A stretch of DNA of 63,078 nt, the filler included, from Platydemus manokwari (taxonomy: Eukaryota): NCBI GenBank assembly GCA_037951405.1. It is 5 parts of 5 records of this genome, joined end to end, with 100 filler letters (N's around TTAATTAATTAA, not from the genome) between each part and the next. Parts side by side here need not be neighbours in the genome. Positions count along the whole stretch, not along the records: positions 45,715 to 63,078 come from JBBMOY011102553.1; 4 more parts are not named here. One strand, given 5' to 3'. Of the stretch, positions 49,001 to 63,078 are shown piece after piece. Positions within the stretch are counted from its first letter, which is position 1; the number at the start of each line of letters is the position of its first letter. The notes under the pieces are model-generated. The model was not told the origin of the DNA and searched no databases. It worked only from the letters and a program-made list of their open reading frames with translations. A program made the position numbers and the translations under genes.

Positions 49001-52000
49001 ATTTGTTGATATGAAATATATATATTTGATGCAGCCGATAAATTGGGATCGAAAATGTCACCAGTGTACACGGAGGCAGAGGCTCTTTTACCGTCAAAAA
49101 AATCCAGAAAAACTGTTACTCATAAGCGTCAAAATGGCACCAAATTTCGTCCAATCAATTCTAAGTTAAAATCATCAAAATTTTCAGATATTAGTGGGTG
49201 TCATGAAAATCCAGTAGTGCAACCCGAAATACAAGTGAATGGGGAAATCGATTTAAAAGGTAAATTTCTAAAATTTAATTGATCATATATTAATTACATA
49301 TTATTACATCACTATGATAATCAATAATTATTAATATGTGTTACGTATGATTACATATATATTTCTTTTAACGATTCGAATGACTTATTACCCAGCTAGA
49401 ATTATGTGGGATTAGTAATTACAAAACATAGATTCATAGAATGAAATTCTTCAATGTGAATATTTGAGAGTGGAAAACTTTATTAAGCTTATTAATATAT
49501 TTTTTGAAAATATTTCAAAACAGTGTCGAAGGATAGATAATAAATGAAAATTTTATGTCCTATAAAAATTGATGACGAAACAAAATTTTACAAAACTGTT
49601 TGCATTTATTAGTAGCGATTTCATCCTCAATACTCAATACTTACGTGATGAAAGTAGTTTTTTGTCATATTTAGCTAATTATTACGATCTCCAATAGAAT
49701 CATTGATTTGAAAATTATCGATATTTTGAAAATTTAAATAAAGAACAAGATCGATAAAAAATACTAAAATTGATAAGAAACGTAACATTGTTATTATTAA
49801 TATTGTCTCTCTTTATATTATTATAAATAATAATTAAATAGGCTTGTCTACTAATGCCCAACCATTATTTATCCTCCCTGATGATCCTGCTACAGCACTT
49901 GATCCTTTACCAGATTTCACATTAGAAAAGGATTCTTTATCCGATGAACCTGGCCTTTTTAACGACACTCAAACTTCAAACAAAAAAACAACTTCTTTTT
50001 TCGACGAATCTCCGAAATGTGACAAATCTTCTGGGGAACCGCAAATCCAGCGATCTCAAGAAATTCTCAAAAAATCAAATTTACATCGTTGCCAAAGTGA
50101 TACAGAGATAAATTATCCAATGATAGAAGAAGTAAATGATAGTATTTAATTCTCTATTTACTTTATCCCCGGATATGTAGCTGGAAGAGGTTGCCGGATC
50201 GATTCACTATATCCAAGGAAACGGACAAATGAATTACAATATCATTTTAAAGGCACTTCACTCTCTTGTCAGTTACCACTCAAGTATACGTGTATGTGAG
50301 AATATTATGAACAACATGGCATGCTTGTTCGATATGGGAATATTTGAGAAACGAGTAAGAAAAAAAAAGGTAATTACAGATCCAGAAAGTGGACCAATTA
50401 CTGGCAAGAAGAGAACACAGTCTAAACATAAAAAAGGAAAATCTAATGGTCAATCACCTCTTGTTCCACATCGACCTGATATTCAGAGAAGCTCTCTGGG
50501 ATCTTCTCTTCAAATTGGAGCTGGTAGTATTGTTGGCAGAAGAGATAGGCGTGTATCTATGATGATTAATCACAGTGGCTACCAAACAACAAAGGACCTA
50601 TCTGGACCTTCTCAATCGGATGAAGATGCTAGTGACGAGTCTCGATCTAAGTCAGCTTCCCACACCAGACCAATTAAAATCGAGAAACATGCTTATAAAC
50701 CAAGAATCGAAAAACCAGCAACCACATCAACTACAGAAGATACAAAATACGGAAGCATGAGCAATAACGACATTGCAATGGAAATAATTATCAAGTTTTG
50801 ATAAAACTACAAACTAAATAGAATTGATCGATCGAAATTTTAGAGTAATCAAAGTACTGGGATGTTGTCATGAACATCTCTGCCAAAACCAATCTCGAGA
50901 AAGACGATCTTGGCCTCAAGGAACCGATCCTAATACCACTCGACTTCAAACCCATGAATGTCTACTGAAATTATACAAGTTACATACACGAAAATTTCAG
51001 AATTTTCTAACCAAAATGGCCCAAGATCAACCTTTATCAGAAATTGTCGATTTTTTGCATGCATATACTGGTTTCTGCAATGATTCAGCAACAAACCGGC
51101 CGTCGAGTTTGGTTTAGTTTTTTAAATTGATAAATTTGTAGATTCCGCTGTTTCGTGATAATTAAATAAAATTTTCAGCCAATAATTTATTTGTATCTAT
51201 TTAATTAAATTAATTATTTGATTTTTCTTCTCTATAAAATAAAACCGTATAATGAAAATTATTTATAATTTTTTACGTGATTTATCATATATTTTATGAT
51301 CAACTTGTAATATATATTTTCTCATTATTTTTCACGTTGAAATAATTCAGGATTAAATTCTCGAAATGGTTACAAAAATTGCTTCAATCAAAGTGTGACA
51401 GGTGAAGGCACTCGTGGCTCTGAGGGAGTTCTTATCGCTAATTTACTGGAGCCATTGGTGGAAAGATTAGTATCGAGTCGAAAGGATCTTATTTGCCAAG
51501 AAAATTTTGTTTTGTATTCCGATCTGCGTCAACTATTGGCATATTTCAAGGAGGTTCATGGAAGTACTTTTCGTAGAGTTATGCTCACTGGTATGCTAAA
51601 AGTATGGCGAAAACCAAAGAAAGGAAAATCATACAGAGGGGGAAAAGTACAAATATTTGATCCACATTTAATGAGGTGCATTTTGAATTGTATTAGAACT
51701 TAAATTGAAAAAACAATTCATTCATGGAAGTTAAACTCAATTATAAATTAATTACAATGTAATAAGTTTTCAAATTCATATGCCAAAATATGTCTACAAA
51801 AAAATCTACTTTTGGAATTTAATCAGCAGATTGAGTTCTATTATTTCAAAGCTCAATTGATGGATTAATTCTTTGACTTAGGTCGGGACATTCGTTTCCT
51901 TATGATAATGACTACACGACTGGGAGGAGTTCTTCTGATCTACATAACAGAACAAGCTCTTTGTCAGCTGCTCTCGTGGCCAGTGAATTATTGCAGCAAA

Positions 52001-55000
52001 TGTCAAACAGCAACAACTATAAGTCTGGAAAGAAAAATATCTTCAAACGATACAGCAGCGCTGTCCATAGGTTGCAATGTTTTTTAAATTTTTTGTTTTA
52101 TTATAAAGTAATAATTTAAATCGTAGTCATTTAATATTTACCATATGTTTTAGAATTCATTTCTAGTTTTGTACAATGTTTAGCTCGTATAGATAAACTT
52201 TTTATTTTAATGGAGTGGCTTTAAATTCTTTACCATTTATATAAGAATTTTCTCCTAACCCATAAATTGTATTTAATATTAAATAAGATAATAGTAATTA
52301 TTATTATTATTGTTAATATCGGTATTAGTTTTAATGAAAGTGTCATTACCTTGTTGGAACAAATATAATTTTGTGAGATAAATTCATTCTACAATTCTTC
52401 AATTAATATTTATCTCGTCGCATTACAAAAATTCTTCGTCTATCCTTAATCTACAACCAAAATAATTATGGTAATAATAAATAGGCTCATTTTGTATTGA
52501 TTAAATTTGCCTGTGGCGACAATTTCATTTCAGTATAAACTTCTACAGTGCTACACCTGACTCGAATTCTTTGCCGATTCATGTACCGATTTACCGACGA
52601 GGCAAAAAACGGGAATCGCTTTGCAGTCAGACCTACCAGATAGCAAATGACGCAAAAGACATTGATGACATTAATGGCGACACAATCATTGATTCCATAA
52701 CTGTTCCCGTCACCGATTCTCGATGTCGAGCTCGATCTCTGTTGTGTGAAGTGGACCCTGATGCTAGTAAACAAATTTCGAATTGATGGAGAATAAAGTC
52801 TCTACCATTTCATTTCAGCTGTTCCTTCTTCGCCGATGAAGTCTGTGCACGGAGATGGGGAAAATAATTTTGTGAGACCCCATAGTCCAACACACTCAAC
52901 GAGTAGATCTATTTTTCGATTAATAAGTTCTATTTGTTTGAAAATCTAGAATGCACATTGACGAGTACATCAAGAAATCGAGCGAGAAACTCAACTAAAC
53001 CCAAAGAATTACGAGAAACAGCAAATGAAGGTGAGTAATTATCTTGCCCCTCATTCAGTAGAGTTGTGACGATGCGATTTTATGCGACTATTAAACTGAG
53101 ATTTTAAATTAATTAGTTGAGTTGCTATGGAAATTGCTAACAGTCTTAGTTTTTTTCTAAAATGAAAGTAGTAGCCATGTAATCAATTCTCAATTTCGCG
53201 TCTTGTGCTCAGATATATCTATAAATATTGATATTCAATGTCCACTTGGCAAATAATCAATAATTCCTCATACTGATCAATCCAACACTAATTGCTGTCA
53301 GCACCACACTCTCACCACACACACGCACACATACATTCATGTAGTGATATTCCACCAGTGAACAACTGAACACATTATTGATTGCTGCAATCGGTTATCG
53401 TCACTGCACATGCTGATAGAAATGAAATTAGAAAAAGTGGTTAACCGGTTGTTTCCTTTCTAATTCCATTTCCCATCGACTTCAGTTTGATTTTCAGACA
53501 TTTCCGCATCTCCTCATCATTATCGTTATTATTATGGCGACTACTTACTCCAATGCCACAACACCAGGTCATCCGTAATATTTCAATGTGTTTAATGACT
53601 GCCAATATGTGTAATCATATTTTTTTTGGAATAATTTTCATAGAATTTACATTGAATGGGTTTTTTTTATTTTAAAACTAATTAAAGAAAATCATTAAAA
53701 TTAATGATTTCTCATGGATCACTCAATTAATGTTTCTGCATTAACTTGATATTTTTAATATTGTCGATTTTTTTAAATAGTTGTTGAATATTTGTAGATA
53801 TTATTTAAATCGACATTTTAAGTATATTTTTCCATAATATTATGATTTAATATATGGTTTTATTTTTCAAATAACTTCTATGTTGTGATTGAATGTTTCA
53901 TGTTTCATAGATTGAGTACGAAACTCTTTAAAGTAAACAATATCAAATTTTAATTGATATTTTTCTCAAATATTTATTTGACAGTTTTTTCTAATATAAT
54001 TGTCATTTCCCATAGAAATGAAAGAGAATAGTCGATTGTATATATCAGTGGATGTATGGATGTTGTCGAGTTATGCAGATAAATTATAAATTATTCTCTT
54101 TATTATTTTATTTTTTCTCTTTTATTTTTTTGATTTATCTTCTGTTTGGTGAATATTAAATTTCATTTTGTTGATTACCGTAGATTATGTGTATTAAGTG
54201 CTACCTTTTTGGCAAAAAAATTCAGTCTAAAATCCAGAGAGGTCTTAATAGGTGTAGTCAGCAACTTGGCTTGCTGGATCAACCATTAATGCATGTGATT
54301 AGCTAGTTTTCTCCCGTTATTCAGCTGCTTTATGATACTACACAATAAATTGATATTTCAGTTAACAAGTTTGTGTACAATTTTCTGATTCCCATAAAAT
54401 GGCTGAAAGACGAAATTCCTTTACTGGAAGATACGAGCTAAAAGTGGTTGAATTTACCAAAATTGGCTCTGGGGATGATGCTATTTTGCCTAAAGTGATT
54501 CCTCAGACACAGATAATGAGAGAATTGAGCAATTAGCTACAAAACTGGTTAATCAACACGTGGAAACAGAAGATATGTTTGAGAATTAAGAAGAATTTCA
54601 TGGTTTCTATGACGAATAAAGTAATTTAGGTATTCGAAAATTTTTGATCTAATAATGAAGGGGTCTTAATAGATGAAGGTTCTTAATACACGTAATTTAC
54701 GGTATATCTTTTTTAAGATTAATCAGAAATAATAAATTGTCATTATTTGTTTACTTGTGAATTGATGGAATGGGAGAACCTGTTGTGATGTCATCCCTTC
54801 CAATAATAGTCATTATTTTCATAAATAAGCCATTACAATGTAGTCAGCTACAATTCTTAACAACACAACCGATTTGATCAATCAAAATATCTTGAAGTAA
54901 ATCTTTGTTTTCAATTCTACTCAATATCTGAGCCAACCTTTGTGGAATCAATATCAATCTCCAGGGAGCTCTGAAAATCGGTGCTAGACTTTAGAAAAAA

Positions 55001-58000
55001 ATCATAGAATCGAATTGAAAATCTTAAAACAAATGAAAGAAATTCTTGATTTAATAAAATTACCAAATTTTTAAAACCTTTAACAGGGAAAAGAATATAT
55101 TTTAAGAATAAGTTATCCTCAGTCTAACTACAGGGGTATCCGTGATATTTACTACAGCATTAAGTCAGTTAGGTTGGCTTAACGCTAGACCAAGATTTGA
55201 TCTTAAACCAGGGGTTCATTACAGATGCGACTGTGTAAGACGATCATTTTCTATTTTAAACAATTAGAAAATTCTCCATAGAAAAACATTAATATTATGG
55301 ACTGAATTCAAGGTGTTCAGAATGATCTGAATAAGCACTAACAAATGCCAAGAAATCAAAAAAACACATATCCAAGATAGCCTCAACACTCTTGACTTCT
55401 ACTTTATCAAAAGATACACAATTTGTATACTACAAATCAATAAATAGTCATTCTCTGATCTAACATATCGCACGCAGTGAAAACAAACGGAAGTTGAAAC
55501 ACAAACCTTTTTTCTTTCAGAGCTCAACATTAAAAAGTGTCCGTCAACATTAAACTACTTAAAATCCTTACATAAATGTATAGAATATTAAGAATAATCG
55601 AAGTTTTGTCATTTGTTATGGACATTATAATATCACCAAAAGCTATCAATGTTTGGGATAAATGTCATTTATCATTTAGTCATCTTAAATCTGAAATTTT
55701 CACTCAACAATAACGATAAGAACTTTCTTTTTTGAAACTTGATAGGAAAAAATCACAAAACAATGAACGTCAAATAAGAGTAAGTATTATTTGAGTCGAT
55801 AGCAGTACGTTTGACAACAATTGCGATAGACAGTTTTAAAAGATTTTTGAGAGCCTGATTTTGAAAATCAATAGTAACACCCGAAGAGTTAATTGTAATG
55901 GAGTCTCTTTGATTCACACCTATCAGTTACTACTACTGATGATACTTGAATGAATTGGTCTGAATATATTCATTAATAGATCTTGAATGTCAGTGAAGGC
56001 CAGTTGTTTCCTTTGGCTGTAATATAATTCAGCCATTTTGATTTTATATCAACAATTTTAAATATTATGTTCTTATTAATATTACTATTTATGATTAATT
56101 TGCTTTTATAATTCATGTTTTATATTAAATACAATATTAAATATAATATATTAAAGATTTTCATTTCATATTCGTTTCATAAGTTTGAAAACAAAATTTC
56201 CAATACCCAGTCAGATTAGTGTTTGGTTTTATTTTCTACTACAAGATATTATAAGCAATCTAAACGACAATGACCTTAAAAATCTCTGAGTGACGGTTTT
56301 AATGAAATGAAAATATTTTGTGTTTAATTAAAATATGATGTAATACAATCGACCAATTAAAATTTATGATTCGTTCCCTTATTATAATATAAAGTTAAAG
56401 AACTCACAGCGACATTATCTAATTCATTACAGGTAGAAAGAATTGTAGAAAAGAACTATTTCTATAAAATTATCACTAAAGATAATAAATTATATTATCT
56501 TATTAACATTATATAAAGTATGATTATTCTTATCTTTAAGATTGTAATTAACTTTCAATTTCATAATATTTTATAATTTTATCTGCACCTTTAGCTAAAT
56601 ATAAAATGAAAGATAAATTTTCCTATATTTCAAATTGTATTTTAAGTGAATTATCCAAAACATACTGAATTGTAATGTCATATATCGATTATACGTTATA
56701 TTTGAAGTTGATTAATATAATTAATATAAACACAATTTATTATATTTATCTTATCAATGAAAATCATAAAAGTAAACCGAGACAGATTCTTACTATCTAA
56801 TATTGTAAAAAATTTAATCTAAAATTCAGTTAAAAATGTATTTGATCTTGTTACCATTGAATTATTTTTATTTCTAATAATATTATTTAAGATTTACTGA
56901 TTAACCACCAAATGGTATCAGGCCATTAGAATCATCTAATATATTGAGTTGGTGCATAAGTTCGTGCGATTTTTTACAATTATGAAGAATGCATATCGAT
57001 CAAGAATAAAAACAATGCAAAAAAATTATGAATTTATGAAATCATTAGAAAAAACAAATATATCAGTCTCAATCGGTGATATATTCTTCGCCACAATCGA
57101 TCACTTCTTTCCACCGTTCTGGCAGTTTGTCGATCCCACGTTTGAAGAAGCTTGGTGATTTTTGGTCGAAAAAAAGTTTTTATTGCTTCTTGGTTTCAAA
57201 TGTCTGACCAGAAAGATGGTTCTGCATGGAGTGGAAAAGATGAAAATCTGTTGGGGCTAAGTCTTGCGAATTTGGAGGATAGGGAGGAACTTTCCAGCCA
57301 AGCTCTTCAATAGCCAACTTTGTCATTGTGACGACATGTGGTCGAGCATTGTCATGCTGTAAAATTATCTGCTTCTTATTGGTGTTTTGTTGCAGTGTTT
57401 ACTCGCTTGAGTTATTCACAATAAAATGTGACATTAATTGCTTGGTTTCTTGGCAAGATTTCGTAATGGATAACACCAACTTGGTACTACCAAATTTTGC
57501 GTTGGTGAACTTAGGGTTTCCCACATGGTTGTGGTTGCTTTTGAGAAATTACCCAATCTTTTTTGTGTTCTAAATTTACATACATGCACCATTTCTCATG
57601 ACGATCCTACAAAGTGAAGATTGTTGTTGCTGCACAGCAGTTTGATGACGAACGAGTAAAGATGCTTAAATCGAAACATGTTGATTTTTGTGACTTTCTT
57701 TGAGAAAATGAGGTGCCCATGATCCAAGCTTTTGAACTTTTCCCATTTTCATGAGATGTCGAGAAATAGTGGTATGATCACACTCCATGACTTATCCAAG
57801 CGCTCGTGTCGATTGACGCGGATCATCATGAATCAATTGGTTTAAACAATCTTCATCAAAGTCACTAAGTCGGCCGAGGTGCATTACTTAAATCAAAATT
57901 TCCAATTAATAAATTTCGAATATCACTTTTTGCGCTGTTCGTTCACTGACTGCCTTTTCTCAAATAGCATAAATAATAAAATATTAATTTAAAATTGTAC

Positions 58001-60797
58001 CAATTGCATACTTGATTATATCTGGCACTTACAGTATTCAGTTAAAATTGCAAAACAAATGGTCTGATTTTAATTTTTCACGAGATTTTATTTCAATTTT
58101 TATTTGTTTATCTATAACCAATACTAGTTTTAGTAAGTCCATCAGCATCAATAAATACCATACACAAAATGAAAGACCGTAAATTTATCGATCCTTTCTC
58201 TCTCAAAAGAGGAATGGCTATATTCAGTTTTATGTTGGATAGCTTTGAACCAGGAATGATTCCGGAATCCCAATTAGTGGCTTCACTGCTCGATTTGGTA
58301 CTAAGTTGGTTGTATTTCATAACCGTGTTGACATAATTATAGGAGGCACCTGTGTTAGCCAGGGCTTGTTTACTTCTAGAATTGGCAAATTTTGTTACGC
58401 GATGTAATAAAGGTGAATGGCCAAGTTGGATGCGCATTAACTTTTCAGGTTCATATCGACACAGTTCAACTATACCAACCACTAATCACCAATTCAGTGG
58501 AGTGTCAATTTCTGGACCAACTTCAATGAAACAAAATTTCCCTGCCCAACTTTTGAATAGTACCAATAGGAAAACGAATTTAATCCAACGACAAGCCGGT
58601 CAAATGTTTCACAGCTGGGCAGAGGTCTAAATTTCTTAGCGGGTGGATTATTATTTCTTTTAATATTTATTTAAATAAGGCTCTGGGAACAAGACTGGAA
58701 TATTTTCTGAAAATTGAACAAGCTGCAGATCGATTCTCAAATATTTCTGAGATTCAGGATGAGAGTAAGATGAGGGAATTGCAAATCCTTGATGAAGAAG
58801 AGAACTTCTTAGATGATTGTAAGAGTTGTTATTTCAAAATGATTTGCAATTGATATCAATCATAGCAACCGTCAACCCGAAAGGTGACAGTTGTCCTTAT
58901 GCTTTGAAATCAGTAGTTGTCCAACTGCTTCTGGCTATCACGACATATCTGCGCGAAACTCATCAATTTCTACCCAAATATCGAGTTCCCTCGACTCATA
59001 AAGAACGATCATACCATTTAGATATTTCTCAGGAATCTAAGCGTGTACCAGGTGATGTCACGTGCAGAACCATTTCTCCAACACAAGGAGTTGAATTACA
59101 TAGTCCAAATTCTGATGACCAGGATTCTGTGGAGTCCACTATTTGCGATATTACCCAGACCAATACAGGTTACTCAATTTTCGAAATATTATTCATATTT
59201 TATGATTTTTGTATACGAATTATTAAGGTTATGCAACTAATATTCATAGCATGGTATTTAATATTTAAAATTATGTGAGAAATATCAAGAATTTAGCATG
59301 ATCTAAAAATTTACATTAAAATTCGAACTGTTTGGAATGAATTGGATTGATTAGTTAGCTATATATGGTTTTGTTTGCAGCTTGAAATTGTCCTGCTCAA
59401 CTTGAATTAGACTTTTATTTTGGATTTTTAAATGAAATTTCCTTAATATGCAAATATAAGAAAATAATTTAATCATATAGCTTATCAGTTTTACAACCAT
59501 AGTTTCAATACACATTATTATGAGTAATCAATCGGGCGAGTGTACACTGATGTTGATTTGTTCGAGTTTTACCCGTATCTAGTATATGCAGAATTCTGAG
59601 AAAAATTATAGATAAATCTATAAACCGAAATATTGGTAAATCACAAATTAATCATCTGTTGCATAATTTTTTTGCTTAATTACTACTGATAATAATAAAT
59701 CAGTGGTTAAATACAAAATAAGAATTAAATCCTTTGTTGTAAAAAGCATTGCTATAATAAAAATAACCCAACATAAAATAATAATTATTATTAGAAGTTC
59801 ATCAACCACCCGGTAATAGAAGAATCAGTTTTGCTTTCATTCAAGAAAGATCAGCATCTCTGCATAGTAGCAATAATTCATTAGATCAAACGGACGGATC
59901 GGGATCGAAGGAAAGAAAAGGTAATTTAACGATAAAGTCACTGTTATAAAATCGGATAACTTGTACAAATTCCTTCTTAAATTTCTACAGCAACTCGCTC
60001 GTCACCAATGGAGGCCCCTGTTGCCACTAACCAGATCAATAGCTATCCCCACATGATTTCGACAACGGCGACTTTCTTGTCTCCCATTAGAAAAATTAGT
60101 GAGACATTAGAAAGTGAGTTTTCCCGAAAAGCAACGCGGTTTCAGTTTTTCCTCATACCATATAAATTGTGGCCTCTGCGCTGATGCGTGATGGGCAGCA
60201 TATATCTCTATACATATTTATATATCCAATGGTGTTGCATTTGGTTTCATTTGAAAATTCATCGTTACTATTTTTCATTATGATTATATTTTATGTGTTG
60301 CACGATTCCTCGATTTATTTGCAAAATTTTATTTTCTGCAATACCTTTTCTTTTGATTGATATCATTTGTAAGCGGTTTTTAAGTGATTCTTGCCTCATT
60401 ATTTCTAGGGAGAAAATCCATTGGCGGTAAAAACCTGTTGCGGAAGCGTCGTGGCTCTGGAAGTTTTCAGCGCACCAACACCGTGACAAGAATGATCAAG
60501 CGTTTGTTTCTATAGTCGTTTGATGAAATTTTGTTGATTTGTTTATATAGCTGATCCTGTTGGCTCAATTAGAGGTCCGTCCAGCACACACACAAGAATC
60601 GGAAGCATAAGATGTCGCAAAGAAAGCTCTCAATCGCAGATCAGTTCATTTGCTCCAGAAACAAGCACAATGAAGGAATATAGTGAAGATACACCTACAA
60701 ACTATTATCAAATCAGTGGTCTGGCGAAATTAAATGAGCAAGACAACTTTTCGTCACATATGCCATGGATGCGAGTGGTTACCCAATTTGCTAATAA
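46047..60797 (+). CDS. unc-80: UNC-80, NALCN channel complex subunit; 5' multi-exon portion, continuing beyond the window
   Basis: N-terminal IPLPIQSFLLTQT, SLERVLVQNIIHGLSP, SRWQLIKTAFPHVMHCAALL, ETKIMYSLHWIIMDAASEC, IQLFVYLFASL, LKLENGLNIW; HLDLAVLRCLFCQGWSEPGVYWGLRYL; EEVAGSIHYIQGNGQMNY; DFLHAYTGFC; APVLARACLLLELANFVTRCNKGEWPSWM; EEENFLDD; CPYALK; MPWMRVV. All are colinear with UNC80. The last exon seen is ~60552-60797. Confidence 0.95.
54178..54702. mobile_element. Non-autonomous Tc1/mariner-superfamily (Tc2/pogo-like) MITE in a UNC-80 intron
   Basis: TIRs CCGTAGATTATGTGTATTAAG and CTTAATACACGTAATTTACGG, flanked by TA on both sides (54176-77, 54703-04); subterminal GGTCTTAATA motifs. Confidence 0.85.
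56944..58010 (-). mobile_element. Decayed mariner (DD34D) element in a UNC-80 intron
   Basis: Mariner-type TIR (TA)TTGAGTTGGTGCATAAGTTCGTGCG at 56944. The minus strand encodes QHDNARPHV (~57334-57360), QDLAPTDFHLF and FFKRGIDKLPERWKEVIDCGEEYITD*. The other TIR is degenerate (~57995-58010). Confidence 0.9.
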
Positions 60798-61102
60798 GTA
60801 ATAATATAATGGTTTTTAATTTATTATTTATTAAACGATTTAAAACTTAATCAAAGTTAAATAGCACATGATGTATTTTTTGTCATAAAATTTTTCACAG
60901 CATCTTTCCAAAATATAGTTGCAAACATGTAAATTTTAAAATTTCGGATTTGAGAATGTTTCAAAATAAAATAAATGATTCGGAAACTAAATTAACATCC
61001 ATTTATTGTTTCTTCTAAGATTTGTTTCATAAGAGATATTATTTAAGTTCAATAATTAACTAAATCCTCAAAACCATGAAATGAGATATAAAATATTCCA
61101 GA

Positions 61103-61229
61103 TGTAAGCCGCTACTATTTTATAAAACAGGCTTTGTAAACGAATTGAGAAGTCACGACATCACATTATGTATTTAAATACCATTATATAAACAAATTGA
61201 TATAAAATTAAATCTTTAAAAATTGCACG
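61103..61229 (-). repeat. Solo LTR of the TRIM-like family
   Basis: TGTAAGCCGCTACTATTTTATAAAAC...GAGAAGTCACGACATC is the reverse complement of the 40430-40572 LTR type. Confidence 0.7.
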
Positions 61230-61589
61230 AGGTCTACGTGGTTTAAAAAATTGGGGGATCAATGGGAAGAATTTTTCAAAAAGTGCAAAAAACAGTATAA
61301 TTGATACAATTATAATATTTTAAAAAAATTATAAAAATTTAACCCTGTAGCATTATCAAGTCGAGATATTCGCTCTATGCCTTATATCTATGCATAGAGC
61401 GAATCACACTGATGCTAAGCTTCTTTCAAGGTAATAAAACTAATCTTATTCATGAGATCATTAGTTTTAAAAAGGAAAATATTTAATAATAATAATATAA
61501 ACTGGTAATTAGGCACATATAAATTATATTAAAATTTTTTGTTTTTTTTTGCTTTTTCCCATTATAGGAACTTTACTACTGTTGAAATT

Positions 61590-61677
61590 TAAATCTTTTA
61601 GTGTGTCGCAAGGGGTCTACCCAAAAACCTTAAAACATAGTAAGGGGTCTACGAGAGAAAAAGTTTGAGAACCTCTG
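61590..61677. mobile_element. hAT (Charlie-like) transposon end
   Basis: Terminal AAAAGTTTGAGAACCTCTG (reverse complement CAGAGGTTCTCAAAC) preceded by repeated AAGGGGTCTAC subterminal motifs; the other end was not identified. Confidence 0.6.
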
Positions 61678-63078
61678 GTATAGTTCTATCATGAAATGTT
61701 ATATCTATAATAAGTTTTTTGATATATGATTTTATCAAAGGAATGTTGTCGGTTTAATTCATTGGGAATGATTGTGTTGGGTTTACGTTTGAAGCTTGAT
61801 TGTATTAATTACTATTTATATTGTTAAATATTAAAAACTGATGAAGATTTTCTTACATGTAATTTTTATCATAAAATCTTATAATCTTTTTCATAAATTT
61901 CAAAATAAATGAGCAGAAATAAAATTCCCGGAATTGATTTCAAACAATTAAGTTCGTTCAGACAATCTATTGACCGAGACAATAAATATTTATTAAGCGG
62001 ATTTTAAATTCAATATTTTATTTAAAAATTTTAAAAATTAGAATCAATAATTCAATAAATCAAAAATAAATCACCTATAACTAACAGACATTGAATTATT
62101 TTAGAATTAAATCTTAGCAATAGTTCGCTCAAAAGTAGATCATTAGATACTGGAGGGAAAAAATGGAAACAAAACACCATTTTATGAAACCCATGCTGAC
62201 AAAGAACAAATCAAATTGAATATTGAAATAAATATTCACAATTATAAAATTTCGTGACAATTCAATATGCAGCCTAATGAAAATTTGATGAGGTTGAATT
62301 GTTGTTGTTGTAGATCTGTGAAATTGTGATTGGTACAAATCTATTGTGTAACTCTATTGAAATACTGTTTTTTTCAGAAATAATTTGTCCACGTTTCACT
62401 GATCAATCCTGTTTATCAACTCTCAATATTGTTCCGTTATTATTTTGATCTAGATGCCGTGGATCAGTGAACAAATAATAATTCGGGATAATTATTCCGA
62501 ATATATAACATTCCCTAATTATTATAAATTAACAGACCACAATAATATAGAATTATTTGATAATTAAAATATTAGATTATGATCATGTTGAGGTTGGAAT
62601 GATAATATCCAATATTTAAAAAAATGTATTCTGTTTATGAATATGTGTTTGTGTCATCGTTCTAGAGCAACTAGAATGATTCTTGTTTGAAAAAAGTTTC
62701 AATCTGGTTTATAAAACATCATTCGTTAAAAATAAAATTTTCTAAATGAAATGTAAATATTAAGAAAAAAATAATATAAAAATCATTGTGAATAAATTTT
62801 ATAAACATGAAGAAATACAAAATTCAAAAAACGATGTTGATAAAAATAAATATAAAATAATGTCGATAAATATTTAAGTGGTTAAATAAATTTCTTTAAT
62901 AATCTACCATTTTTTTTAAAAAATTTCCACATATGTCGATTTCAATTGATTAGAGCTAACGAATGGCATTTAGTCGATAAACAATTCAAATGAGAACATT
63001 ATGAAATCGATATACATATCTATTGTTATTTTTTCTCATCTATCTCTCTCTTTTAACGAATTTTTGATCTCATTTCCA

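Noticed and set aside
53498-53574. Candidate UNC-80 cassette exon (DISASPHHYRYYYGDYLLQ)
   Set aside because: The flanking exons join in phase 1, and neither available GT donor preserves the frame.
56949-57573. Plus-strand ORFs 56949-57158 and 57328-57573
   Set aside because: Antisense shadows of the minus-strand mariner transposase.
58108-58482. 124-aa minus-strand ORF (and similar ones at 24471, 25674, 26624, 48612, 52487)
   Set aside because: Antisense shadows of real plus-strand exons.

Overview
AT-rich eukaryotic (metazoan) genomic DNA. Many introns are only about 40-50 nt, and the repeat content resembles that of planarian flatworms (inference). Five contigs are joined by artificial 100-nt spacers (44 N + TTAATTAATTAA + 44 N), and genes are cut at these joins, so adjacency across them is probably not biological. 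Host genes: an intronless ~918-aa low-complexity ORF (6284-9040, -); a complete 9-exon secreted, probably GPI-anchored, Cys-rich protein (23802-27039, +); the 3' exons of a divergent androglobin-like gene (31279-33371, -); two tandem TMEM144 paralogs (36271-42030 and 44317-45389, -); and the 5' part of UNC-80 (46047 to beyond 60797, +). Mobile DNA: a decayed RLE-type non-LTR retrotransposon, three Ty3/gypsy remnants, a second non-LTR RT remnant, a rosa/DD41D-like Tc1-mariner, a DD34D mariner and MITEs. The best unannotated signal is a dispersed family of ~400-620-bp non-coding LTR elements (TRIM-like). They have TG...CA LTRs of ~165 bp, a tRNA-Arg-type PBS extended by a GGATTCGA block that could pair with the tRNA T-arm, and a PPT. 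There are three near-complete copies plus solo or partial LTRs on four contigs, and a gag-bearing element with the same PBS that is a candidate helper. All protein and repeat identifications are by-eye motif recognition, not database searches.
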